Of a DNA stretch of 64,000 bases, positions 47,717 to 58,098 are shown in pieces. The stretch comes from Spirochaetota bacterium (GTDB lineage: Bacteria > Spirochaetota > UBA12135 > COTS27 > CBDBHE01): assembly GCA_965205605.1 (NCBI GenBank), contig CBDBHE010000007.1:96001-160000 (forward strand), written 5' to 3'. Within the stretch, counting starts at the first letter, position 1; every line of letters begins with the position of its first letter. A program made the position numbers and the translations under genes. Below the pieces are notes generated by a model. That model searched no databases, was not told the origin of the DNA, and saw only the letters and a program-made list of their open reading frames with translations.

Positions 47717-50137
47717 TTAGAGGGTATATATCTTCATATTAACTTCAAGCTCTTTTGGATAAGAACCATCTTCATTTTGAAATTTCCTGTATTTTGCTTC
47801 TAAAGAAGATAAACTTCTTGATGCTTGATGATGATGTCGACTAACCAGCCTTTCAAAAGCAGGTAAATTAGCAAGCTTTTTTCTAATAGATTTGCTAAAA
47901 GGTAAGTGTCTAAAAAAGAGATCTCTTACAACAGTATCTAATTTCATCACCCCTTGACTTTCGTACTTAATCCATAAAGAATAATAAAATCCAAAAATTC
48001 GCTTATTATCTTTACGATTAGAGGTAATGATTTTTTTAATTTTTTCTTTTGCTCCTGTCGATAATTTAGAGTTTTTCTTATAAGTAGTAATATAATTATA
48101 AAAAGCACCCGTAATGCCTCCATCAATAGGATCCGACCAAGAAAGACCTTTGACTGTACAACAAATCTCCCACCGATATTCTCCCAAAGCTTTAATAAAC
48201 GCTTTTTCTAAATCCCCTGTAAAAAACAAAGGAATCAAAAAACGTGCTCTAGTTTGTTTATTAGTCCCACTAATGTCTTGCCAAAAAAAGACTTTATCTC
48301 CTATTACTGGTAAAATAACTACATAAGGGAAGACCTCCATTTGAATAATGGTATTGGCTTTTTTTGAAAGCCGGTAAAGAGTTTCCCTATAAAAAAGGCT
48401 ATAATCTCTTTCAATAATGGATTGAAAGATTTTATCAATTTTTTGTTTTTGAATCATAATTTCTTTAAAATCATGTGGCTTGTTAAGCTCTGTCATAAAA
48501 AAAAGTGCTCTAGGAGGAGATTCATTAACAATTTTAAGAGCAACTGAAATCATATTATCCATTTCATATTTAACAATGGCTTTTTTTATATCTTCCTCGC
48601 TTAAACCTTCTTCTATTTTTCTTTGTTTAGAAGACTTTCGCTTTTCTTTTTCTAAAAGAAATTTTTGATAAGTCACTCCAAGCTCTGTATTAGAAGGGAT
48701 TTCCTCTCCATTATAAATATTTTTAAGCCAATCAAATAAAGAAATAAAAATCAATTGACTCTCCACTTCTTCAGAATAACTTTCTAAAAAATTTTTTGCT
48801 TCTGCATCCACTAGATCTTTACTGATAAAACTAAAATTCAAAAACAACAAAAAATCTTTATTTTTTTTTATTGGTAATTCTTTTTGAAAAAGATGGGTGC
48901 TTACCTTAATATAAAGATTGACATAATTTTCATTTATTTTCTTAATCACAATACGTTCTTTATCATTGGCATCTTGAAGATTTTTTATCTGTCCCAAAGC
49001 TTTATAGCTAGTGCTTAATTCTTTTAGGAATTCTGGTTCTAAAAAATCAGCCTCTTTAATAGAAGGCAGCATTGCCGCACTTAATTGCACTTCTTTTTTT
49101 CTTTTTAATGGCCTGCCTATTTCTTCACTGTCTTCTGCCCCTTCTCCTTTATAGATTTTTTCTAAGGAAGAAGTAAGTAGAAAACTAATTTTTTTAAAAT
49201 CAAATAATTTTTCAATCGAATCTTTTATTTCTGAAAAAGCCATCAAAAAATCCTCTTTAAGCATATTTAAACTTTCTGATATTTCTTGATTCCAATTAAT
49301 TTTTTTGTTAATACTTAAAGAAACTGTTTTAGCCAAAATGGATTCTTCTCCTTCAACAAGAGCTAAGATTTCTGTATAAATTCTCTTTACTTTCTTTTCT
49401 ATATTAAGAAAATAATAATGAATCTCACTACCGAGTACTTCATAAATTTTACTCAAAATATGTAAATGTTGTTTGGAAAGTTGCTTTAAAAACCGATCTT
49501 CTTTTTCAAAAAAATCATTAATAAAAATCGTTTCTTTTTTAGAAAAATCTTCTTTTTCAAAAAAAGGAGTAAAGTTCATTGTAAAAGCTTTTCCTTCAGT
49601 AAAGCTAATATTTTCATCTGCAACTTTTTCAATGAATTGCTCCATGATTTTTTGATAACCGACATTCTTTTCAAAGCTTATACCACAAATAGAAATATGA
49701 AGAAGAAATTTTCTATTAAGTTCAAAAATATTGTCATAAAAAGTCTTTAATTTTTGATACAGATCTTTATATTCTTTTAAAGATTGCTCCATTTGCCTTA
49801 AGACTTTAATTCCTAAGTCAATATTATGATAAAAAAAAGTTTGACTATTTTTAATCGGATAAATAGAAATCGACCCTTTTCTCTCTGAAAAAATATTTGG
49901 AAAAACAAGGCTTTTGGTGCAAAGAGAAAGTCCGCCTAAAAAATCATTGGTACTTAAAGTTTTAATTTTAAAAAAAACACGACCTCCTTCAAGTTTTTTA
50001 TCCGGATAAGAAATAACGCTAACAACACCACTATTAAGTCTAATAAAATAAGAACCTCGACTATTTTCATCTAAAAGAAGCTCCCCTTCTTTAAAAACAA
50101 CTTGTTCTTGAAAAACATTTAATTTTTTTAAAGACAC
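47717..50137 (-). CDS. Large hypothetical protein with degenerate N-terminal cyclic-nucleotide-binding-like domain
   Basis: N-terminal FKEGELLLDE...LNSGVVSV...DFLGG resembles the cNMP beta-roll; helical remainder. Confidence 0.55.
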   Translation of the reverse strand: MSLKKLNVFQEQVVFKEGELLLDENSRGSYFIRLNSGVVSVISYPDKKLEGGRVFFKIKTLSTNDFLGGLSLCTKSLVFPNIFSERKGSISIYPIKNSQTFFYHNIDLGIKVLRQMEQSLKEYKDLYQKLKTFYDNIFELNRKFLLHISICGISFEKNVGYQKIMEQFIEKVADENISFTEGKAFTMNFTPFFEKEDFSKKETIFINDFFEKEDRFLKQLSKQHLHILSKIYEVLGSEIHYYFLNIEKKVKRIYTEILALVEGEESILAKTVSLSINKKINWNQEISESLNMLKEDFLMAFSEIKDSIEKLFDFKKISFLLTSSLEKIYKGEGAEDSEEIGRPLKRKKEVQLSAAMLPSIKEADFLEPEFLKELSTSYKALGQIKNLQDANDKERIVIKKINENYVNLYIKVSTHLFQKELPIKKNKDFLLFLNFSFISKDLVDAEAKNFLESYSEEVESQLIFISLFDWLKNIYNGEEIPSNTELGVTYQKFLLEKEKRKSSKQRKIEEGLSEEDIKKAIVKYEMDNMISVALKIVNESPPRALFFMTELNKPHDFKEIMIQKQKIDKIFQSIIERDYSLFYRETLYRLSKKANTIIQMEVFPYVVILPVIGDKVFFWQDISGTNKQTRARFLIPLFFTGDLEKAFIKALGEYRWEICCTVKGLSWSDPIDGGITGAFYNYITTYKKNSKLSTGAKEKIKKIITSNRKDNKRIFGFYYSLWIKYESQGVMKLDTVVRDLFFRHLPFSKSIRKKLANLPAFERLVSRHHHQASRSLSSLEAKYRKFQNEDGSYPKELEVNMKIYTL

Positions 50138-50257
50138 GTTTTACTCATCATTTTTTTTATAACAAAATTTTTTAATAAAAAACAAGAAAGGATCAATTTT
50201 TTCAAAATGATTGACAACGAAATCATACTAATATTTTTCGGAAAGAATCTAAAAATC

Positions 50258-51028
50258 TTAAAACAAAACTCCATCTTCAAAAACAACTTTCCAATCTTTT
50301 TTCTCAAGTAATTGCTCAACAAATAAAGGAATCACTTTAGTGGCTTTTCCATAAATACTTTTTTGAAAAAACTTTTGATTAACAGAAGGTTGTAAATTGA
50401 TTTCAATGGTTTGTGCCCCTGCTAAAAAAGCTTGCTCTACAAAACCAGCAGCCGGAGACACATTTCCCGAAGTTCCTATAGAAATAAACAAGCCGGCTTG
50501 GGCTAATTTTTCATCAATTAGCTCCATCTCAAAAGGCATTTCTTCAAACCACACAATGCGAGGTCTTAAGCTTTTAGTTTTTAAGCATTTGGGACAAGGT
50601 AAAGCCGTACTTGTGTGTTTTTTCCACTCAAAGATATTTTCACAATAAATACAAAAAACTTTTAAAAGTTCTCCATGCATATGGATGACTTCTGTTTGCT
50701 TTGCTCTTTCATGCATGTTGTCTACATTCTGAGTAATCACACACACTTCTTCTTTCCATTCTTTTTGTAATTTGGATAAAGCAAAATGAGCTTTATTAGG
50801 CTTGATAGATGGATGCTTAAGCGCTTTTCGTCTTTCATTATAAAAGTGATGCACTAAATCTGGATTTCTTATAAATCCTCCAGGCGTTGCAATATCTTCA
50901 ATCACATGACCTTCCCAAAGCCCTTCTTGCTCTCTAAAAGTTTTAATTCCTGATTCTGCAGAAATACCTGCACCCGTTAAAATAACAATTTTTTTTTTAG
51001 AATTCAATGATAAAAAAAAATCTTTCAA
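50258..51028 (-). CDS. cobB: NAD-dependent protein deacylase (sirtuin)
   Basis: TGAGISAESGIKTFR, FYNERR, TQNVD, HMHG, CxxC...CxxC and IGTSG motifs. Confidence 0.95.
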   Translation of the reverse strand: MKDFFLSLNSKKKIVILTGAGISAESGIKTFREQEGLWEGHVIEDIATPGGFIRNPDLVHHFYNERRKALKHPSIKPNKAHFALSKLQKEWKEEVCVITQNVDNMHERAKQTEVIHMHGELLKVFCIYCENIFEWKKHTSTALPCPKCLKTKSLRPRIVWFEEMPFEMELIDEKLAQAGLFISIGTSGNVSPAAGFVEQAFLAGAQTIEINLQPSVNQKFFQKSIYGKATKVIPLFVEQLLEKKDWKVVFEDGVLF

Positions 51029-51076
51029 TTAATAATAAAAGTTCCAATGTAAAATAGTTAGTTAGTTAATTAAACA

Positions 51077-52202
51077 ATGAAAACGATATTTTTTTTCCTA
51101 GTTTTTTTTCTATTTTCTTGCTCTAACTCAAAAGAAAACGTAAAAAAAAAACCAAAGCAAAGCAAAAAAAATATCGTAAGAACGATTAAAGTCTTTCGTA
51201 CTAACATTACCCAAATTTTAAAAGAAAGCGGCAGTATCGAACCCGAAAAAGAACCCGAAGTTAAATCTAGAATCAGTGGGCGTGTGACGTCTATTTTAGT
51301 GAACGAAGGGGATAAAGTAAAAAAAGGACAAGTGATTGCAAAAATAGAACCTAATTTAGAACAAATAAAAACCATTAGTTCGATCACAAAACGAAATCAA
51401 CAGTTTCAAATTAACCTTGAAAATAAACAAAGGAATTTTGATCGTAATAAAGATTTGTTTAACAAGGGATTTATTTCTGAAGACACTTATAAAGACTCAA
51501 AAGATGATTATGAAATCGCTTTGATAGAATACAATTCTTTAAAAAGAGAAATTGAAATCTTTAAAGAAGAAATTGGTTCTAAAAAAGGATTAAAAATCAA
51601 AAAACTCTCTGTTGTTTCTCCTATTACAGGAGTGATTATTTCAAAACAAGTAGAAGAAGGAGAAATCATTAGTGGTGATAGTAGTACTCGTAGTGGTAGC
51701 ACTCTTTTCAAAATAGCAAATATTTCAAAACTCGTTGCTAAAATTACTTTAAGTGAAATTGACATTTACAAAGTTTACCTCAATCAAAAGGCAACCTTAC
51801 GCATCACTGCCAACCCCAATAAAATCTATGATGGATTTATTTCTAAAATTGCCCCTAGAGCCTCTAGTAAAAGAGGGGTAAAAGTATTTCCCATTGAAAT
51901 CAAAATTAACCAACAAGACCATCGTCTTAGACCAGGAATGAGTGCTAGTGTCGATCTTATCGTTGATACACGTAAAAATATTATTGCCATCCCCCTTACA
52001 TGTCTTTATGCAAACAATAATCTTTTCTATGTTTTTAAAGAAATAAAAAAAAAAAACAGAAAAACAACAAGTATTTATTGGTTCTTATGATTATGCTAAT
52101 GTAGAAATCACAAAAGGACTGACAGAAGGAGACATTATTCATAAAAAAATTAGTCGAGAAAAACTAGAAAAATTTTCCAATTTAGATTTAAAAACCTTAT
52201 AA
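51077..52202 (+). CDS. Efflux periplasmic adaptor (MacA-like lipoprotein), frameshifted at an A12 run
   Basis: FSC lipobox-like, VKSRISG, VNEGDKVKKGQ and LRPGMS; ORF stops at 52090 but the typical C-terminus VEITKGLTEGD continues in another frame to TAA at 52200-52202. Confidence 0.85.
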
Positions 52203-52216
52203 AAAAATCTAACTTA

Positions 52217-52891
52217 ATGAATGTCATTGAATGCAAAAATATCTCAAAAAATTATTATTTAGGCAAAAATAAAATCCAAATTCTTAAAGAAGTTAATCTT
52301 AAAATAAAAAAATCAGAATATATTTCTATTTTAGGGACTTCTGGGAGCGGAAAAACAACTCTTCTAAATATTTTAGGCTGTTTAGATCGAGCTTCTTCAG
52401 GGACGTATTTAATTAATCAAACAAATATTAGCCTTTATTCTAAAAAAAAATTAAACATAATTAGAAATAAAGAAATTGGTTTTATTTTTCAAAGCTTTAA
52501 TTTACTAAGTCGTTATAATGTGTATTCAAATGTAGAGCTCCCTTTGCTTTATACCAAAATGAGTGCCTCTAGAAGAAAAGACAAAGTCCAAAAAGCCATC
52601 AAGCAAGTCGGCCTTTTAGATAGAATCAAACACAAACCTAGCGAACTTTCTGGTGGGCAAAAACAACGTGTTGCCATTGCAAGATCTCTTGTTAATGATC
52701 CAAGTATTGTTATTGCTGATGAACCAACAGGAAACTTGGATAGTAAAACAAGTGATGAAATTTTAAATCTTTTTGAAGCCTTAGTCCATCAAGGTAATAC
52801 TATCATTATGGTTACTCACGACTTAAAAGTAGCAAAACGCACCCAAAGAACTATCCAACTTGTTGACGGAAAAATTATCAAAAAAAACTAA
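52217..52891 (+). CDS. ABC transporter ATP-binding protein (MacB/LolD type)
   Basis: GTSGSGKTT, LSGGQKQRVAIAR and ADEPTGNLD motifs. Confidence 0.96.
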   Translation: MNVIECKNISKNYYLGKNKIQILKEVNLKIKKSEYISILGTSGSGKTTLLNILGCLDRASSGTYLINQTNISLYSKKKLNIIRNKEIGFIFQSFNLLSRYNVYSNVELPLLYTKMSASRRKDKVQKAIKQVGLLDRIKHKPSELSGGQKQRVAIARSLVNDPSIVIADEPTGNLDSKTSDEILNLFEALVHQGNTIIMVTHDLKVAKRTQRTIQLVDGKIIKKN

Positions 52892-52899
52892 ATAAAATC

Positions 52900-54300
52900 A
52901 TGAAATCTATATTTTTTTCTTCTATTTATTTTTATTTCATTAATAGTTTAAAAGAAATTTATCATAATAAAGTTCGTTCGTTTCTTACGATACTAGGGAT
53001 TCTTTTAGGGGTATTTTCTTTAACGGCCATGTCAGGGATTATTGAAGGAGCTAGAAAAAAAGCCATTAAAATTTTTAAAGAAAAAGGGGGAGCGAGTCTC
53101 ATTACAATCAAAAAAACGCCAAGTGAAAATACCGAAGAAAGCTCTTTTCTGCAAACAAAAGAACTTTGGTGGGAAGATGTCAATATCATTCAAAAAGAAA
53201 ATAATAATATTATTTTAGGAGTTAGTCCTATAAATACCATGAGAACCTATGTAACTGCAGATGGAATTCAATCTTTTGAACTAATAATAAAAGGCATTGG
53301 AGAAGATTTTAATGCTATTAAACTCTATGATATCGCTCAAGGTCGAAAAATTTTGAATATCGATAGTCATTTTTATTCTCGGGTGTGTGTTCTTGGGAGT
53401 ATTCCGATTAAGGAACTTTTTTTAGGTTCAAGCCCTATTAAACAAAATGTTCTCATTAACGAGATTCCTTTTAGAGTCATTGGGACCTACAAACATTATT
53501 TTGAGCAACAAAGTACTTTATTAAAAAAAAACAAAAGAAGAAGAAGAAGAAGAACAACAACGACAACAAGAATAAGAATAAAAAACTTCCCTAAAGTAGC
53601 CAAACTTAATAAACCCAAAATAAGACTAAAAAGACAAAATCGATGGGAAATTATCAGACGATATTTTAGAAGCAACTTACTTTGGAAGAAAAACTTTATT
53701 ATAACAATCCCTATTGGGACATTCCTTTCTATTTATGAAAGCAAAGAAAAAAAAGGGTTTGATGAAATCCAAGTACTATTCAAAAATGAAGTTAACGTTC
53801 AAAAGGGAGTAGAAGCCATTAAAGAATCTCTTATGAAACTAAGGGGTGGTAATGAAGATTTTGAAGTAGAACTTAATACCGCTTCTTTAGATAATATTGA
53901 ATCTCAATTAAAAATTTTCAAAATTATTTTAGGCAGTATTTCAGTCATTTCTTTAATTGTAGGAGGACTTGGAATTATGAATATTGTTTTAGCTTCTCTT
54001 TCAGAAAGAATCCGTGAAATTGGGATTCGAAAAAGTATTGGAGCGAGCAATATTGATATTTTCATGCAATTTTTAACTGAAACGATTGTTCTTTCTTTAC
54101 TAGGGGGGGTGTTAGGGATTGGCATTACCTTTTTATTAAGTGATTTTATAGGGAATATCACACAAACTCCTATTTATATATCGCTTAATTCGATCATTTA
54201 TTCTTTCACTGTTTGCTTTTGTTTAGGCATCTTTTTTGGTCTTTATCCAGCGACAAAAGCTTCTAAACTCAATCCGGTAGAAGCTTTAAGATATGATTAA
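52900..54300 (+). CDS. ABC transporter permease (MacB/FtsX type)
   Basis: RSFLTILGI, VGGLGIMNI, ERIREIGIRKSIGA and PVEALR motifs. Confidence 0.93.
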   Translation: MKSIFFSSIYFYFINSLKEIYHNKVRSFLTILGILLGVFSLTAMSGIIEGARKKAIKIFKEKGGASLITIKKTPSENTEESSFLQTKELWWEDVNIIQKENNNIILGVSPINTMRTYVTADGIQSFELIIKGIGEDFNAIKLYDIAQGRKILNIDSHFYSRVCVLGSIPIKELFLGSSPIKQNVLINEIPFRVIGTYKHYFEQQSTLLKKNKRRRRRRTTTTTRIRIKNFPKVAKLNKPKIRLKRQNRWEIIRRYFRSNLLWKKNFIITIPIGTFLSIYESKEKKGFDEIQVLFKNEVNVQKGVEAIKESLMKLRGGNEDFEVELNTASLDNIESQLKIFKIILGSISVISLIVGGLGIMNIVLASLSERIREIGIRKSIGASNIDIFMQFLTETIVLSLLGGVLGIGITFLLSDFIGNITQTPIYISLNSIIYSFTVCFCLGIFFGLYPATKASKLNPVEALRYD

Positions 54301-55648
54301 ACAATTTTTTTACTTTTTGCTACTCAAAGGATTTTTTTTCATCATCATTAATATTTTTTTTATTAGTGCAAAAACGATTTCTCTTTTAGATCTCCCAAAA
54401 ATCATCTCTAACAATTCTACTTTAGTTAAGAAAAAAAAAATTGATTTACAAATAAGAAAAATCAATAGTAAAAAAATTTTTTTAGATTATTTTCCTAATT
54501 GGATATTAAATTATGGTTATGATTTCACCCATAATTTAATAGAAAAAAATGCTCAATTAAGACCTAAACAAGAATATACTCTAATTTCTAGGCTCCCTCT
54601 CCTTAAAGGTGGCAAACGATTTTTTGAGCTTGGCTATAACAACTTACATTACCAAAACGAAAAAAAAAACCTAAAACAATCTTATGAAACAGACTTAAAA
54701 AAAAGTATCGAAGCTTATCTTAAAACAGTTGAAAATTATTTTTCTCTTCAAATAGCAAAATCTAATGAAGCCAGCTCAAAACTACAATACCAGTTTACCT
54801 TAAATAAAAAAAGAGGAGGCCAAAGCTCTGAGATTGATCTTTTGCAAGCGAAAGCTCGTTATGATAACGATATTTATTTATTAGAAACAGAAAAAATTAA
54901 TTATGAAAATTCTATTTATAGTTTAAAAAAAAAACTCAATTTAAATCCTTTAGAAATCAACCCTAATCTTAATTTTTATTTAACCCTCAAGCTTAGTAAA
55001 ATCATAGAAGAAGATAGTATCAAAAAAAAGTATCAAATTTTCTCAGCCATAAAACTTGAAAATGAAAATAAAATTTTAAACTTAATGAATCGACAAAATT
55101 ATTTTGAACGCTTTTTTCCTGAAATTTCACTTGACCTTGCTCTTACGACTTTCCAAGTAAGAGAACAAACAATTAATACCCCAACAAATCAAATCAAAAT
55201 AACCAACAAGTCTGAGTATAATTTCTATTTTGGAGCTAGTTTTACCTTTCCTTTTTTTGAACGCTTTAATCATTTTCTAGAAATCAAAAAAAATAAATTG
55301 ATGATTAAAAAAAATAAATTTAGTTTAGAAGAAATCTATCGTAATTTTTTGATTTCTTTTAGACAAACCACCAAACTTCATAATAATAAAATTGACTTAA
55401 TACAAGTTGCTTCTTATCGATTAGAAAGTGCTTTAGCCAATAGAAATAAGACCTTAAACAGTCACCAATCTGGTATCTCCTCCTTATTACAAGTTCAAGA
55501 AGCTGAAAATCTTTTTAGAGAAGCCCAATTAGACTTTATTAATCTTAAATTAGAAATTCTTTCTTTAAAAGCAGAAGTCGGTCACCTCATTGGTAATACA
55601 ATGGCGTACCTTTCTTTAGAAAAAAGCTTACAACAAATAGAAGAATAA
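54293..55648 (+). CDS. TolC-family outer membrane efflux protein
   Basis: Two repeats with GQSSEIDLLQA and GISSLLQVQEA; operon context. Confidence 0.8.
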   Translation: MIKQFFYFLLLKGFFFIIINIFFISAKTISLLDLPKIISNNSTLVKKKKIDLQIRKINSKKIFLDYFPNWILNYGYDFTHNLIEKNAQLRPKQEYTLISRLPLLKGGKRFFELGYNNLHYQNEKKNLKQSYETDLKKSIEAYLKTVENYFSLQIAKSNEASSKLQYQFTLNKKRGGQSSEIDLLQAKARYDNDIYLLETEKINYENSIYSLKKKLNLNPLEINPNLNFYLTLKLSKIIEEDSIKKKYQIFSAIKLENENKILNLMNRQNYFERFFPEISLDLALTTFQVREQTINTPTNQIKITNKSEYNFYFGASFTFPFFERFNHFLEIKKNKLMIKKNKFSLEEIYRNFLISFRQTTKLHNNKIDLIQVASYRLESALANRNKTLNSHQSGISSLLQVQEAENLFREAQLDFINLKLEILSLKAEVGHLIGNTMAYLSLEKSLQQIEE

Positions 55649-55698
55649 AATAATTAAAAAAAAAAATTTCTAACTTAAAAAAATATTTTGTAATATTA

Positions 55699-56781
55699 TT
55701 GATAAAAACTCAAATGCTTTCTTCTCCAAAAAAATCTAAAAATACTTTGTGTTGTGATACTTCACATCAAAAAAGAAAAGATTATTTTTTTATCTCTTTA
55801 ATTTTTTTAACCATTATTTTATATGGAGGGCATTTGTTTAACATTTATTTGGAGATGCTTGAGGGTCCATTTTCTGAGCTTTTTGATGCTTTTTATCAAT
55901 TATTAAATCGGATCTCTTGGGGAATAGGGATTGGAATTTTATCTGTTGGCATTCTTACAAAAATGCCTCGTGAATATATTCTTTCTCTTTTAGGCAAACC
56001 AAGCTCAAAAAAAAGTATTTTCAAAGCTACTCTAGCGGGTATTTTTTTAGACTTATGCAGTCATGGGATCTTAATGATAGGAATGAATTTATATAAAAAA
56101 GGAGCGAGCCTTGGACAAGTGATGGCATTTCTTATTGCAAGTCCTTGGAATTCACTTTCACTTACTTTTATTTTGTTTACCTTAATAGGCTTTAAATGGA
56201 CATTGCTTTTTATTTTACTTTCTGCTATTATTGGCATTTTTTCTGGTTTTGTTTTTCAAATACTTGAAAAGAAAAATATTTTACCTAAAAATCCCAATGA
56301 GATTTCACTTCCAAAGGGCTTTAACTTTTGGAAACAAGTTAAAAAAGATTTTAAAAAAAACCCATGGGTACTAATAAATTTTAAATCTGTTTTAAAAAAT
56401 GGATTTAGAGAATCAAAAATAATCATTAAATGGGTTTTATTTGGAGCTTTATTATCAAGTTTAGTGAAAGTATTTATTGATGAAAGTTTTTTTCACCATT
56501 ATTTTGGTCCTACTTTATTGGGTTTGGGGATTACTTTAGGGTTAACAACGATCATTGAAATCTGTTCCGAAGGAGCAGCTCCTCTTGGGGCAGACTTATT
56601 TCAAAAAGGCCAAGCTCCAGGAAATGGTTTTGTTTTTCTTATGGGAGGAGTTTCAACAGATTACACAGAAATCATTGTTTTAAAAGAAACAACAAAGTCA
56701 TGGAAAATTGCTTTATTTTTACCATTAATCACGATCCCTCAGATTTTAGTCATCGGCTTTATATTAAATCAATTGAGTTAG
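55699..56781 (+). CDS. Permease (DUF318/ArsP-like)
   Basis: Two halves with LCSHG and ICSEG; MAFLIASP and FLMGGVSTD. Confidence 0.8.
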   Translation: MIKTQMLSSPKKSKNTLCCDTSHQKRKDYFFISLIFLTIILYGGHLFNIYLEMLEGPFSELFDAFYQLLNRISWGIGIGILSVGILTKMPREYILSLLGKPSSKKSIFKATLAGIFLDLCSHGILMIGMNLYKKGASLGQVMAFLIASPWNSLSLTFILFTLIGFKWTLLFILLSAIIGIFSGFVFQILEKKNILPKNPNEISLPKGFNFWKQVKKDFKKNPWVLINFKSVLKNGFRESKIIIKWVLFGALLSSLVKVFIDESFFHHYFGPTLLGLGITLGLTTIIEICSEGAAPLGADLFQKGQAPGNGFVFLMGGVSTDYTEIIVLKETTKSWKIALFLPLITIPQILVIGFILNQLS

Positions 56782-56801
56782 AAACAAGATAAAAAAAACA
56801 C

Positions 56802-57410
56802 TCAAAGTAGCAAGATTAAACGATCAACGACCATCAAATGATCTTTAGGTCGTCCTTTTTTACTTCTAAGCTTTAGGTTCATGACCACCTGATGCAAAGG
56901 GCCAAAATCACCTTTTTTAGAATATTCTATAGCAGCTTCAATGAAATAGTGAAATACCGCATATTCTGCTTTATACCTTCTTTCCTCTCTAGTTGCATAT
57001 TTTCTATTCTCCGCTCTAACGATTGTGGTGTGAAGTAGATGACCCTATTCGTGGAAAAGGATCATTATCATCCTATCCTCTGGATATTTTAGATTCTTAT
57101 TTAAAATAAATTTTTGATTTATGGTAATTTTATTTGTTCCTTGTGCCTTTCCAGGCCCTCTTATGCTGGATGAATAATACATACCAACACCATCGTCTTT
57201 TAATTTTTTAATTTCCTTCCATAGTTTTGGAAGGTTGTTTTTACAATGCTCTTCTACTTCTCTTCTATTTTTATCAGATGCTATATAATTTGAATTAAAC
57301 TCTTGTGAAGCTACACTAAATACTGATTTCTCCTTATTAGAAGCGGTGATCTCTTTTTCTTCAAACCCCAGTATTAGACCAATTAGTATAAATATTAAAT
57401 ATTTTCTCAT
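56802..57410 (-). pseudogene. Exported HExxH metallopeptidase-like gene interrupted by TAG
   Basis: ORF 57045-57410 ends ILFHE*; the frame continues GHLLH... for 80 more codons to TGA at 56802-56804. Confidence 0.7.
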
Positions 57411-57843
57411 TTCTATACCCTTTATTTAATATATATGTAAAATCATTACACAAGATTAAAATTGTATCACATAAAACTTATTTACCAAAGGAGATGAAGA
57501 GGTAGGGAGAATAGTAACATAGATTTAGTTTATCACTCGAGTTTTTCAGAGACTAAATTTTTAATATTACAATTATTAGTATAAAAGACTACTTTAGATT
57601 TATTATTTTGACTCTCAACTATAATCTTTTTCTGCAAAGCCACTTTTACTAGGTCGGTATTTTCAAAAACAATATAATCAAAGTCTGAAAATAGTGTTTT
57701 TAAAAAAATAGACAGACTAGATGATGCTTTTCACTCTTTAAGATTTAGATACTACAGAATATACCTAGAAAAAAATGAAAAGGTGTACTCTAGTTACAAT
57801 AACAAAATTAAGTGATGTAATGAGCTTAAAACGAGCACGAAAG

Positions 57844-57917
57844 TCGGAGTAGCAGGACTTGAACCTGCGACCTCTTGGTCCCAAACCAAGCGCGCTAGCC
57901 AACTGCGCCATACTCCG
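57844..57917 (-). tRNA. tRNA-Pro (TGG)
   Basis: Reverse complement CGGAGTATGGCGCAG...CTTGG-TTTGGGA-CCAAG...GGTTCAAGTCC...ACTCCGA. Confidence 0.96.
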
Positions 57918-58098
57918 TTTTCACTTGAAAATGAATTAATAAGCCTAACTTTTTAAAACAGTTTTGTCAAATCTAAAATAAATTTTATTTTTTTCTTTAT
58001 TTTTTCATCAAAAGAAAATGAATTTACTTATAAAAAACTATGTTTTTTTTATCACATTTTTATCACATTAATGCTCTTTTTTAGTTTCAAGCGTGATG

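Noticed and set aside
19193-57047. Genome-wide TAG recoding, suggested by two in-frame ambers
   Set aside because: TAG is the normal stop of rpmF, prp, adk and the first PL8; mrr has other lesions as well
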